A DNA stretch of 64,000 nucleotides, taken from contig OX597819.1 of NCBI GenBank assembly GCA_951406725.2, forward strand, positions 24,800,001 to 24,864,000. Reading direction: 5' to 3'. The notes beneath the pieces are model-generated. The model saw nothing but the letters and a program-made list of their open reading frames with translations, made no database searches and had not been told where the DNA came from. This document shows, one piece after another, positions 1-10,600 of the stretch (its first letter is position 1; each line of letters starts with the position of its first letter). The stretch comes from Octopus vulgaris (taxonomy: Eukaryota). A program made the position numbers and the translations under genes.

Positions 1-290
1 TCGATGGCGGCGGAGTTGGCGTCCACGGTCACACCTGCACCTGTTTTGCTTCTCCCCCTTCTTCCCTCCCTCGTGAAGCTGTGGGGAAGGGAGTGTAAGG
101 AAATCAACGTCGTAAAGCGTTGTCAAGGAGACCAGCGTCCTTTTAGAACAACGACTTCATGGATTGAAGACACCAAAACAGAAATGGCTAAGAAAGCTCG
201 AATTGGCATCTATAAGGGAAGTAACTCTCTAAAAATGCTTATATAGTTATTTCCCTTACAAACCCGTGCAACGCCGGGCGATACTGCTAG
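1..290 (+). mobile_element. Non-autonomous Helitron, 3' part (5' end outside window)
   Basis: Ends CCCGTGCAACGCCGGGCGATACTGCTAG|T: subterminal hairpin plus CTAG terminus. Last ~80 bp shared with four other copies in the window. Confidence 0.8.
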
Positions 291-1352
291 TTAAGAATAA
301 ATTGAAAAACGCATGAGTGGATCAATAATTTTAGAAAAATTTCTTTTTCGGATGGTAAAGTCTAAGATTTCGGTTTACTTTCTGTTTTGGTGAAGCTACT
401 GCCTCAACCTCGAGACGATGAGACAAGTACTAGTCAATGACAAAGCCTCCGTGTAGTCACTCGACTCGCTTGAAATAGCAAGCAAATCACTTTCAGAGTA
501 CATTTTACCGTCTTATAAAAATAAGAAAACGTTCGTTTATGTAGGCCAAGATATACAAATGAGACAGGATGATCATGATCGGATTGCTTTTCATCAGATA
601 TCTTCTCATACAAGGATTTAGTCTTATAATCAGCAGAAAGGCCTGATCAATGGCCATGATTCTTTACAGAACCTCCGAGGCTAGTGTGAGAAAGGGAAGA
701 AAGTATCCTCCAGCCAATGACCTGGCCAAGTGCATGCAACAAAACGAAATCTAAAAGCAGCCAAGGTGCTAGGTGATGAAACTAAACTAGTTGCCGGATT
801 AAGTCCGCTACCCAAGTAGGCTATGACGTAATTTGAACACAGAACACGCAGAGTCGTAACTGATACCGCAAGGTATCTTGTCCGACATTCTGACATTTCC
901 GCCAATCCAAAGCCCTATATACGTACCTTTTTTTTTATTTATTGACCCTGTAAAAATAAACAACACATTTGACATGGGCAGGATTCGAGGTCTGAGCACA
1001 GATAATCGATGATCAAAGCAAATATGGCGACGTATTCTTTTCAACGTTCACGCTATTCTATTTATTCACTGCCTTAACAATAACAATAACATCATCAGCG
1101 CCCAAAAGATTTGAGATTCTTTATGAAGTAATGAACTCCATATCTAGACGAAGAAGCCCGACTTACAGGTACATTAATGTATGAATGGAGTGGATCAACG
1201 TGAATAGAATTGTCTTGTTCAATGACACAACATGCAGCATGGCTCAGAAATTATGAACTCGACATTATGATCCTAGACATCTTGTTCGTGCACGCTCTAT
1301 CTACGAAGCCAAGCACGACTTGCACATGTTTTATATGACCAAAACACGGATT

Positions 1353-2144
1353 GGATCTTTACCTTTTGACCGACAGATTTTAAAAAAATGATTTTTTGTA
1401 ACTAAACACTTTCAAACTTCGTATACTTGTAGAATGTGTCACATAAAACATCTTTTACTCTTGGCGTTGTTGAGAAAATTCTGTATTTTGGAAGTTATTT
1501 TTTGTTAAAGTAGTCGTATTTCGGTAATTTCAACCAATCAATGACGTGTTTTCAGCTGAATAAAAGTACTACTGTTGTTTGTCAAAAACAACTATCGGCG
1601 GTGTGTATTTCGTTTGTCATTTATGACATCGTTCGTGCCTTTGTACTGGTTTTAGTTTTAAGGTTTTCGGGTTAGGGTTTTAGGGTTAGCGTTAGGGTTT
1701 TAGGGTTAGGGTTTTAGGGTTAGGGCTAGGATTAGGATTAGGGATTTAGGGTTAGGGTTATGGAAAAAATGAAAAATGAAGCACGAACGATTGTGGTGGT
1801 GCCATGAAGTAAACATGCTTGAGATACACTCGTTTATTGATACAGAAGTAACTGAGATGAAATATGTCATAAATAACAGTGACAAACGAAATATACACCG
1901 CCGGAAGTTGTTGTTGACAAACAACGGCAGTAATTTTATTCAGCTGAATACACGTCATTGATTGGTTGAAATTACCGAAATAAGACAACTTTAACAAAAA
2001 ATAACTTCCAGAATACAGAATTTTCTCAACAACGCCAAGAGTAAAAGATGTTTTATGTGACACATTCTACCAGCATACGAAGTTTGAAAGTGTTTAGTTA
2101 CAAAAAATTATTTAAAAAATCTGTTGGTCAAAAGGTAAAGATCC
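1353..2144. mobile_element. Foldback/MITE DNA element with ~280-bp TIRs, 8-bp TSD and internal telomere-like array
   Basis: Termini GGATCTTTACCTTTTGACC...GGTCAAAAGGTAAAGATCC. Exact flanking direct repeat CACGGATT at 1345-1352 and 2145-2152. Arms ~1353-1630 and ~1862-2144. Confidence 0.92.
1659..1760 (+). repeat. Degenerate (TTAGGG)n-like array inside the foldback element
   Basis: GGGTTAGGGTTTTAGGGTTAGCGTTAGGG... mix of TTAGGG and TTTTAGGG units. Confidence 0.9.
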
Positions 2145-2648
2145 CACGGATTTTGCATTATAGCAAAAAAAAAACAAATGAGCCTCAGTATTACTATTAA
2201 GAGAGCCATGTGTGGATTGGAAGAATGTAGAGAGCGCCGAACAAAATATCTGAACAGCAACGCATATTTGATCAGAGATATGATAAGCTGTATCAACAAC
2301 AGTATCACAATTGTTAAATGGGCGCGACATTTTCCTCTCACCTTTCACAAAAATCTGGGAGGGATATACTAGAAGATGGCGTCAAAATCGTTGGCACCAC
2401 GTGACAGTATTTACTTACGAACCTTTACTTTGTGAGTTCAAATCCGGCCAGGATTAACAACATTGTCTTTTATTCTTCTGGAATCAATAAAATATAATGC
2501 CGCTGAAATATTGTGTCGGTTTTAATCGACCTTGCCTTTCCCGTCACCCTCTTTTAATACGGGGTCTTATCTAATGCTCATGTAAAAAATCCGTTTTCCA
2601 ATTAAGGAATTTACAAAGTTTCCTAGAGCATCGACACTTTTGGTTGTA

Positions 2649-2879
2649 GGCGGCGAGCTGGCAGAAACGTTAGTACCCCGGGCTAAATGCGTAGCCGTAT
2701 TTCGTCTGGCGTTACGTTCTGAGTTCAAATTCCGCCAAGGTCGACTTTGCCTTTCATCCTTTCGGGGTCGATAAATTAAGTACCAGTTACGCACTGGGGT
2801 CGATGTAATCGACTTAATCCGTTTGTCTGTCCTTGTTTGTCTCCTCTGTGTTTAGTCCCTTGTGAGTAGTAAAGAAATA
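2649..2879 (+). mobile_element. SINE family A, full-length monomer (tail 1)
   Basis: Head GGCGGCGAGCTGGCAGAAACG, B-box GAGTTCAAATTCC, central GCCTTTCATCCTTTCGGGGTCGATAAA, tail ...AGTAAAGAAAT. Many copies in window. Confidence 0.9.
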
Positions 2880-3724
2880 GGTTGTTATTGTTGTTTAGGC
2901 CGAAGTCAGCCCTGAATGAATAATCCCAGTTAAGGGCACCTCATCTTTCTCTCGGGCATGACAATGTCTGAAACTTACACTGACCAATATAGTCCTCAAT
3001 TATTGAAAAGAGAAGGGTGTAAATTTAGGTAAGTTTTGGCTGGTATTTCTAGCAGGCCGATAAACCACTCAGGGACTTAACGTGGTTTTTATTTTACTTG
3101 CAACACTTTCTTCGGCAGTCTCAACTGATGTTGTTGCTATTGTTGTTGCAGTTGGTATCGCTGTAGTTATTGTTGTGATTGCTGCTGTTCTTGTATAGCT
3201 TCAGGTCAACTTCAGTCGAGCAGTCCATTCTTTTATTTTTTACTTGTTTCAGTCATTAGACTGAGGCCATGCTGGGGCACCGCTTGGAAGAAGTTTTAGT
3301 CGAATGAATCAGCTCTATAACTTATTCCATCAGTGTCTTTTGCCGAGCCGCTAATTTACGGGGACGTAAACACACCAGCACCGGTTGGGGGGACATACAA
3401 AGACACACACACAAACATATATATATGCATGTATAAATATGTCACGAAAACAAAGAGCTGTGGGTTCAAGACCCATGCATACGGAAAACTACTTTTTTTT
3501 CCATCGAGGGCTTATATACCCCAATATTAAACTATTTCCTTTAGTCATTGTACGGTGATCGCTTATAAGATAAACATTTGAAATACATTTCCAACCGACA
3601 CACACTGAGAGATATACTGCCATAAACACTGATATACTGATACACGCATACATACATATACAATGCTCATAGGTGGAGGCGCGTGACTTGGTGGTTAGAG
3701 TGTTCATTTCACGTTGCTCTAGTC

Positions 3725-4069
3725 CAGCGTTTCTCAAACTGTGGGTCCCGACCCTTCAGTGGATCACGAGATAAATGAAATGGGCCGCGATAAGAAAGAA
3801 GGAAAGAAAAACGCAAGAGGATGCAAAGCGTAGAATATAAACCAGCGTTTTGCAAACTGTGGGTCCCGACCCTTCAGTGGATCACGAGATAAATGAAATG
3901 GGCCGTGATAAGAAAGAAGGAAAGAAAAACGCGAGAGGATGCAAAGCGTAGAATGTAAACCAGCGTTTTTCAAACTGTGGGTCCCGACCCTTTAGCGGGT
4001 CGCGAAATGAATGAAATGGATCGCGACATAAATAAAATGGGTCGCGCCAAAAAAGTTTGAAAAACTAGA
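3725..4069 (+). mobile_element. hAT/Charlie-like MITE with triplicated 118-bp 5' end
   Basis: 5' end CAGCGTTTCTCAAACTGTGGGTCCCGACCC recurs at 3725, 3843, 3961. Degenerate 3' TIR AGTTTGAAAAACTAGA. 8-bp TSD CTCTAGTC/GTCTAGTC. Confidence 0.8.
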
Positions 4070-4215
4070 GTCTAGTCCACTCACCATTGCTAGGTGAGTG
4101 GTCTAATCGGAAGAAATGCCGCTGAGCATTTTGTCCGGCGCAGTAACGACTCAGTCAGCTCGCTGCCTTAAGAAAAAAAGAAATAGATATTGACAGACAA
4201 ACAAATAGATAGATA

Positions 4216-4297
4216 CAGTAATCCTTCGACTATCGCGGGTGTTACGTTTCAAAACTCACCGCGATAGGTGAAAATCCGCGAAGTAGAAACAGTACTG
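4216..4297 (+). mobile_element. Probable pogo/Tigger-like MITE fragment
   Basis: TA|CAGTAATCCTTCGACTATCGCGG...TACTG|TA with internal TATCGCGG/CCGCGATA hairpin. Confidence 0.4.
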
Positions 4298-4330
4298 TAT
4301 TGTATATTTATAAAATTATTTTTATAATTT

Positions 4331-4733
4331 AGGAGTGGCTGTGTGGTAAGTAGCTTGTTTACCAACCACATGGTTCCGGGTTCAGTCCCACTGTGTGGCA
4401 TCTTGGGCAAGTGTCTTCTGCTATAGCCTCGGGCCGACCAAAGCCTTGTGAGTGGATTTGGTAGACGGAAACTGAAAGAAGCCTGTCGTATATATGCATA
4501 TATATATATGCGTGTGTGCTTGTGTGTCTGTGTTTGTCCCCCTAGCATTGCTTGACAACCGATGCTGGTGTGTTTACGTCCCCGTAACTTAGCGGTTCGG
4601 CAAAAGAGACCGATAGAATAAGTACTGGGCTTACAAAAAAATAAGTCCCGGGGTCGAGTTGCTCGACTAAAGGGAGTGCTCCAGCATGGCCGCAGTCAAA
4701 TGACTGAAACAAGTAAAAGATAAAAGATAAAAA
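4331..4733 (+). mobile_element. SINE family B (tRNA head, CORE-like TTGGGCAAGT segment, internal TA/TG microsatellite)
   Basis: A-box TGGCTGTGTGG, B-box GGTTCAGTCCC, tail GCATGGCCGCAGTCAAATGACTGAAACAAG(TAAAAGA)n. Near-identical copies elsewhere. Confidence 0.9.
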
Positions 4734-4756
4734 ATGCAAAACAGCACCACGGAGGA

Positions 4757-5600
4757 ATCGACTTAATCCATTTGTCTGTCCTTGTTTGTCTCCTCTATGT
4801 TTAGCCCCTTGTGGACAATAAAGAAATATACATATAAATGTGACGAACTGGCAAAAACGTTAGCACGTCGGGCGAAACGCTTAGTGGTATTTCGTCTGCC
4901 GTTACGTTCTGAGTTCAAATTTCGCCGAATTCGACTTTGCTTTTCATCCTTTCGGTGGCGATAAATTAAGTACCAGTTACGCACTGGGGTCGATATAATC
5001 GACTTAATCCGTTTGTCTGTCGTTGTTTGTCTCCTCTGTGTTTAGCCCCTTGTGGGTAGTAAAGAAATAGGTATTTCGTCTGCCGCTTTTCTGAGTTCAA
5101 ATTCCGCTGAGGTCGACTTTGCCTTTCATCCTTTCGGTGTCGATAAATTAAGTACCAGTTACGCACTGGGGTCGATATAATCGACTTAATCCGTTTGTCT
5201 GTCGTTGTTTGTCTCCTCTGTGTTTAGCCCCTTGTGGGTAGTAAAGAAATAGGTATTTCGTCTGCCGCTTTTCTGAGTTCAAATTCCGCTGAGGTCGACT
5301 TTGCCTTTCATCCTTTCGGTGTCGATAAATTAAGTACCAGTTACGCACTGGGGTCGATATAATCGACTTAATCCGTTTGTCTGTCGTTGTTTGTCTCCTC
5401 TGTGTTTAGCCCCTTGTGGGTAGTAAAGAAATAGGTATTTCGTCTGCCGCTTTTCTGAGTTCAAATTCCGCTGAGGTCGACTTTGCCTTTCATCCTTTCA
5501 GAGTCAATAAATTAAGTACCAGTTGCGCACCTGGGTCGATCTAATCGACTGGCCCCCTCCCCCAAAATGTTGGGCCTTGTGCCTAGAGAAGAAAAGAATG
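4757..5600 (+). mobile_element. SINE family A tandem multimer (182-bp units)
   Basis: Units restart at GGTATTTCGTCTGCCG at ~5070, 5252, 5434. Final unit carries alternative tail CCTTGTGCCTAGAGAAGAAAAGAAT. Confidence 0.92.
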
Positions 5601-5764
5601 TAATACTTGAAGCTGGTAGGGTGGCAAGCTGGTAGAATCGTTCCCGCGCCAGGCAAAATGCTTCGTGGAATTTCGTCCGTATTTACGTTCTGAGTTCAAA
5701 TTTCGCCCAGGTTGACTTTACCTTTCATCATTTCGATAAAATAAGTCCTAGTAGATCTTTTCTG

Positions 5765-5940
5765 TTTGACTGCACTTTTTGAAAATTTTAAAATTTGGTG
5801 TAGTGATGTAATTTTTCACGCTGAATCTCAGAGTCTAATTCACTTGTTCCAGGAAAATAATTTTAAGAAGTTACAGAGGTTTAAAGCTTTTACCCAGTCA
5901 CAAAACAGGATCTGGAAGCTGTCATTTTGTGTCTGACTGT
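5765..5940. repeat. Unclassified dispersed repeat fragment
   Basis: CAGGATCTGGAAGCTGTCATTTT and AGAGGTTTAAAG recur inverted at ~57590-57680. Confidence 0.55.
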
Positions 5941-6159
5941 ACCTGTCGCAAAGTGTGTGTCGTAAATGACAGAAGTCTATAGCAAGTAAGTTGCGAGTGA
6001 AAGAACCTGTTTAAACGAGAATATAAAAAGGAGAAAGCAAAGTCTTCAGTGTGAGTGTGTGGTTTGTGGGGTCGACCGCGTCCTCCGCTTCATTTTTTGT
6101 AAATCACTCATTCTCATTTAATTGTATATATTTTAATTGTTTGTTTATTCATACGTTTC

Positions 6160-6249
6160 GTCTCATTCGATACCCTGACCCCAATGTTTGTTTTGTCTGC
6201 CCTCGTATCGTCCCCTCTTTTTCTCAACCTCATGGTTAATAAAGAAATT
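6160..6249 (+). mobile_element. Short LINE-like 3' tail fragment
   Basis: CATTCGATACCCTGACCCCAA...AATAAAGAAAT. Inverted homologue at 9567-9640. Confidence 0.65.
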
Positions 6250-6576
6250 GACTGTAATCGTAAGACGACTAAAAACAATATCAACATTGCGACGATATCA
6301 CGTGTTATAAGCATTTAATAAGCGAAAAATGATCAAAAAAATAACAAGAATTGAAGAAATTGAAAAGTAGCAGCCAAACAGAAAGGACCCGTACCAGTTT
6401 AGTACTGGGGTCGATGTAATCGACATAACCCCTTCCCCACAAATTACTGGCCTTGTGTCAAAATTTGAAAGCAATATTGGAAGCTGGTAGATTCAGATGG
6501 TCTAGTTGGTAAGCAAGAGAGATTGAAGCTCAGACAACGAAGTGGCAGTTGTGTTTTTCAAACTTCTTTTATATGG

Positions 6577-6898
6577 CTCTCCGTCGGTTGCGACGACGAA
6601 GGTTCCAGTTGATCCGATCAACAGAACAGCCTGCTCGTGAAATTAACGTTTCCAGTGGCTGAGCACTCCACAGACATGCGTACCCTTAACGTAGTTCTAA
6701 TGGCGATTCAGCATGACACAAAAAGAGACAAAGCCGGCCCTTCGAATAACAGATTATAACTAATTTTTGTCGGCTAAGTGGATTGGAGTAATATGAAATA
6801 AAGTGCCTTGCTCAAGAACACAACGCGCCGCCGGGAATTGAACTCCCGACTTTCCGATCGTGAGCCGATTACCCTAACCACTAAGCAACGCGCCTTCA
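6577..6898 (-). mobile_element. SINE with tRNA head, CORE-like middle and family-C tail
   Basis: Shares the GTAACCGACGGAG-type tail with family C. Middle TTGAGCAAGGCACTTTATTT differs. Confidence 0.75.
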
Positions 6899-7350
6899 CC
6901 AGATTTCTTTTACTTGGAATGTTTCAACACTCCCACCATTTTAATGTACATATAGGCCTGGGTAATTTAGTTCCGGTTACTGGTTTGCCGCGTGTGACTA
7001 CTCACAATAGCACCACCTTACTATAAGCGGATGTCATAAGGATAGATATTCAGTTATGCATATTTATTCCCATTGCGAAATCTATTATTTTAGATGATAT
7101 TGTAGTTGTTACTCTTATTGTCGTTGTTAATGGAACTGTGAGTAATAAGGAGATTATCTTAATTATTACACGTAGTTGATACGTTCTGGGTTCAAATTCC
7201 GCTGAGGTTAACTTGCCTTTTATCCTTTGGGGGTCAATAACATAAGCACCAGTTGAGGAGTGGGAACGATGTAATCAACTTTCCTATCAGTCCCGAAATT
7301 GCTGGCTTTGTGCTAGAATTTGAAACCAGTATTTCAGGTTTTTTTTTTAA

Positions 7351-7570
7351 CCCTTTAGTGTTCAGGTTACTCTGTTAAATATAATACTTTTCCACTCAAA
7401 TTGTTTTGAATTAATCATGCATTATCTTGTAGCTTTGAGGTTTCAGTGATGTGATTGTTTGTTTTTAGCATGACATTGTAGGTTAGGTGTGAGAGGCTAG
7501 ATATAGCCAGTTTGAATATAAAACTTTTAGAATATTTGGACCGGATATGGCCAGTTTAAACACTAAAGGG
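7351..7570. mobile_element. piggyBac-like MITE
   Basis: TTAA|CCCTTTAGTGTT...AACACTAAAGGG|TTAA: TTAA TSD and CCC/GGG termini. Confidence 0.88.
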
Positions 7571-8175
7571 TTAAAGTTAAGCTGGCTATGAAACCACGTG
7601 GTTTTCATTTCAGTCCCACAGCACGGCAACCTTAGGTATGTCCCTTCTACTATAGCCTTGGCCCGACAAATGCCATGTGAAGGAATATGGAATTCTGTCG
7701 TGTGCGTGTGTGCGTCCTTGTGTTCGTCTTCTCCACTGCCTGACAACCGGTATAAATTTCTTTACGTCCCCGTAAATTAGCAGTTCAGCAAAAGGGAGCG
7801 ATAGAATAAATACCAGACATGAGAAAACTATACTGGAGTCGATATGTTTGTCTTAAACACAGAGCGTTTATATATATTTAGCAATCAGGAGTCCTTTAGC
7901 TAGTTAGAAGAGAGAGCGAGAGCGCGAGAAGGTTAGAGAATAACGTAATAAGTGATCACATATACATAATTATACACGCACTAACACACGCATAGACATT
8001 ACGGGATGTTTTAACACAACAAAGGCTACACAAGGCCTTACACTTTACTTTTGAAAATCTATTTTCAAAAATAGTGAAACCGGTCAAGTCAATAGCATCT
8101 TTAAAAGACCTCTGCATTTTCGAATCCTCTCCCCTATATATTTTCACACGTGCGGTACCTTCCAATTTTACTTTG

Positions 8176-8210
<35 letters not shown>

Positions 8211-8348
8211 AAATATCAGTGGTGGAAAAAGAGTACGTGGGGTATTAGGAACAAGAGTGCGCATAGGGTCCGAAATGCTGAAGCTGAGAATGTAGGACTA
8301 CACACAATAAGTTACCGCACACCATGACCTGCGCAACGTTCCGTTTCT

Positions 8349-8580
8349 TATTTCTTTATTGCCCACAAGGGGCTAAACACAGAGGGGACAAACAAGGACG
8401 GACAAACGGATTAAGTCGATTACATCGACCCCAGTGCGTAACTGGTACTTAATTTATCGACCCCCGAAAGAATGAAAGGCAAAGTCGACCTCGGCGGAAT
8501 TTGAACTGAGAACGTCATGGCAGACGAAATACGGCTACGCTTTTTGCCCGGCGTGCTAACGCTTCTGCCAGCTCGCCGCC
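8349..8580 (-). mobile_element. SINE family A monomer
   Basis: Reverse complement of the 2649-2879 type. Confidence 0.9.
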
Positions 8581-8796
8581 TGTCACTGGAATACACATGC
8601 GCTCGCCCCCCGCCACACATATACACATCCTCACATACACCATCCTCACATAGTTTAGCCGGACCACTGTTATCTCCCTTTCCATCGGTTTCTTTCTTCC
8701 GCTCATTTCAACATTTGGAACCGTTAATCTCGATACATATTTTTACTCTCTCGTTTTTTTTTCTTTCTCTATCTCTCTGTTTTTCCCCTCTCATTC

Positions 8797-8832
8797 CTTT
8801 CTGTCGAAGAGCGTTGGCTCGAAACGTCAAAG
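8797..8832 (+). ncRNA. Minimal type I hammerhead-like motif (core variant CUGUCGA) in a Penelope-type repeat fragment
   Basis: CUUU-CUGUCGA-A-GAGC(guug)GCUC-GAAAC-GUC-AAAG. Downstream sequence homologous to the 51927-52123 element. Confidence 0.5.
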
Positions 8833-9459
8833 ACTTTTCCATTTTTCTCGAGCGTCAAACTAATACACCTGCTTGTTGTTCCCTCACCTGTCTGTCTTTT
8901 GTTTTCTGTACATTTGAACGATGTGTGTGTGTGCGTGCATGAAGAGGGTGATAGTTACTGTATCTTATTTGGTGAGAATACTGTATGGCTAACAGAGATG
9001 GGTAGGGGATGTCATTGATATTCCCTGGTAACTTTCATGCTGCTTAGCACTGAGGAGTAGTTCCGTCGAAGAGTGCAGAAACCGTTACGATAATCTAGTT
9101 GAGAGCAGATGAAGGGATAGCCCAATATTGTTAGCTGTGTGTGTGTTCTCTTATGTGCATGTGTGTGTTCTCTTGTGTGTTCTCTTGTGTGCATGTGTGC
9201 GTGTGTTCTTTTACTTGTTTCAGTCTATATGTGCGTATGTTTGCTGTTTATAATGAACGAGAGGAAGAAAAAGTACTCAATACCTGGTGTGCTATGTAAC
9301 TGTATTTGTTCGGTTGATGTCTTGTGTCGTTCGTTACCTGAAGTTACCTGAATGTTTGTGGCCACCCGATTGATCGAATATTCGCGAAACTTGATGTAAC
9401 GGGAGAAGGCACCAGTCGAGTATGCAGGGTGGATGAGCGCGTGCGTGCGTGAGAAAGAA

Positions 9460-9516
9460 AGAGAGAGATGGGGGAGAGACGGGGAAGAGTTGCAGAGTGG
9501 AGAAGAGAAAAGGTTA

Positions 9517-9570
<54 letters not shown>

Positions 9571-9632
9571 CTTTATTCACCATAAGTTTGAGAAAAAGAG
9601 GGGACAAAACAAACGTTGGGGTCAGGGTATCG

Positions 9633-9669
<37 letters not shown>

Positions 9670-10299
9670 TGTAAAAAAAACGAGATAGCATCAAGCTTAC
9701 TAAGAGAGAGAGAGAGAGAGAGAGAGAGTGAGAGAGAGAGAGGGGGCGAGTGTAGTGAGAGAATTACAAAGTGGGGGTGTGTTTTTTTTTGTTTCTTCTT
9801 TGTCTCGACAGATAAAGTGAAGATGTTTCGCGCGCGTCTGCAAAACACGCTTTGTTCATGTTATTTTTTTCAAAACGGTAGAATGTAATTCGAAGGAAAT
9901 TCTCCGCTATTTTTAGCGAGTCGAGCGAGTCGAGCGAACGAGCGAGCATGTAGAGGTCCCCTCTCCGCGCGGTTGTGTACAACCATACTATACTTGTGTG
10001 TGCGCTCACTTAAGTGGAGAACGGTTGAAATATTATGAATGAGAGAGAAGGAAAGAGATAACTATAGATTATGAGAGATAGAAAGAAAAGTAGATCGTGT
10101 GTGAGAGAGAGAGAGAGCAAGAGAGATAGAGAAAGAGAGAGAGAGAGAGAAAGGGAAAGAAGACGAGCGATATAGAGATAAGGAGAAAGAAAGAAAGAGA
10201 TACATAGAGAGAAATAGCGAAAAAGGAGATAATTGGATAAGTAAGGATATAGATTGAGAGTGAGTAATGAACAAAGAGAAAGAGAGATAGATTGAGAGC

Positions 10300-10365
<66 letters not shown>

Positions 10366-10488
10366 GAGAAAGAATAAGAGATTGATAGCTAGAGAGAGGA
10401 AAAGCGAGATCCATAGAGAGAAACGAAGAAAGAGAGACCTTGAGAGAAATTATGTAAAAGAAAGAAAGATAAAGAACGTAAAAGAGAA

Positions 10489-10536
<48 letters not shown>

Positions 10537-10600
10537 AGACAGAAAAGGAAATATAGATATATAGAAAGAGAGAGAGAGAGAAAAATAGAGAAAGAGGAAA
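9460..10600 (+). repeat. GA-rich low-complexity region with (GA)n and (TA)n tracts
   Basis: (GA)n at ~9523-9565, 9637-9665, 10302-10360; (TA)n at 10491-10533. Confidence 0.9.
9567..9640 (-). mobile_element. Short LINE-like 3' tail embedded in (GA)n
   Basis: Homologous to 6160-6249; (GA)n on both sides. Confidence 0.65.

Noticed and set aside
1659-1760. True telomere or chromosome fusion site
   Set aside because: Short, degenerate, single orientation and enclosed by TIRs with a TSD.
2567-5348. Recurrent 'MRNWYLIYR..' ORFs as a gene family
   Set aside because: Antisense translations of SINE-A copies.
4757-5600. CRISPR array or hammerhead retrozyme tandem
   Set aside because: Units are identical with no unique spacers and no cas genes; I found no CUGAnGA/GAAA core on either strand of the unit.
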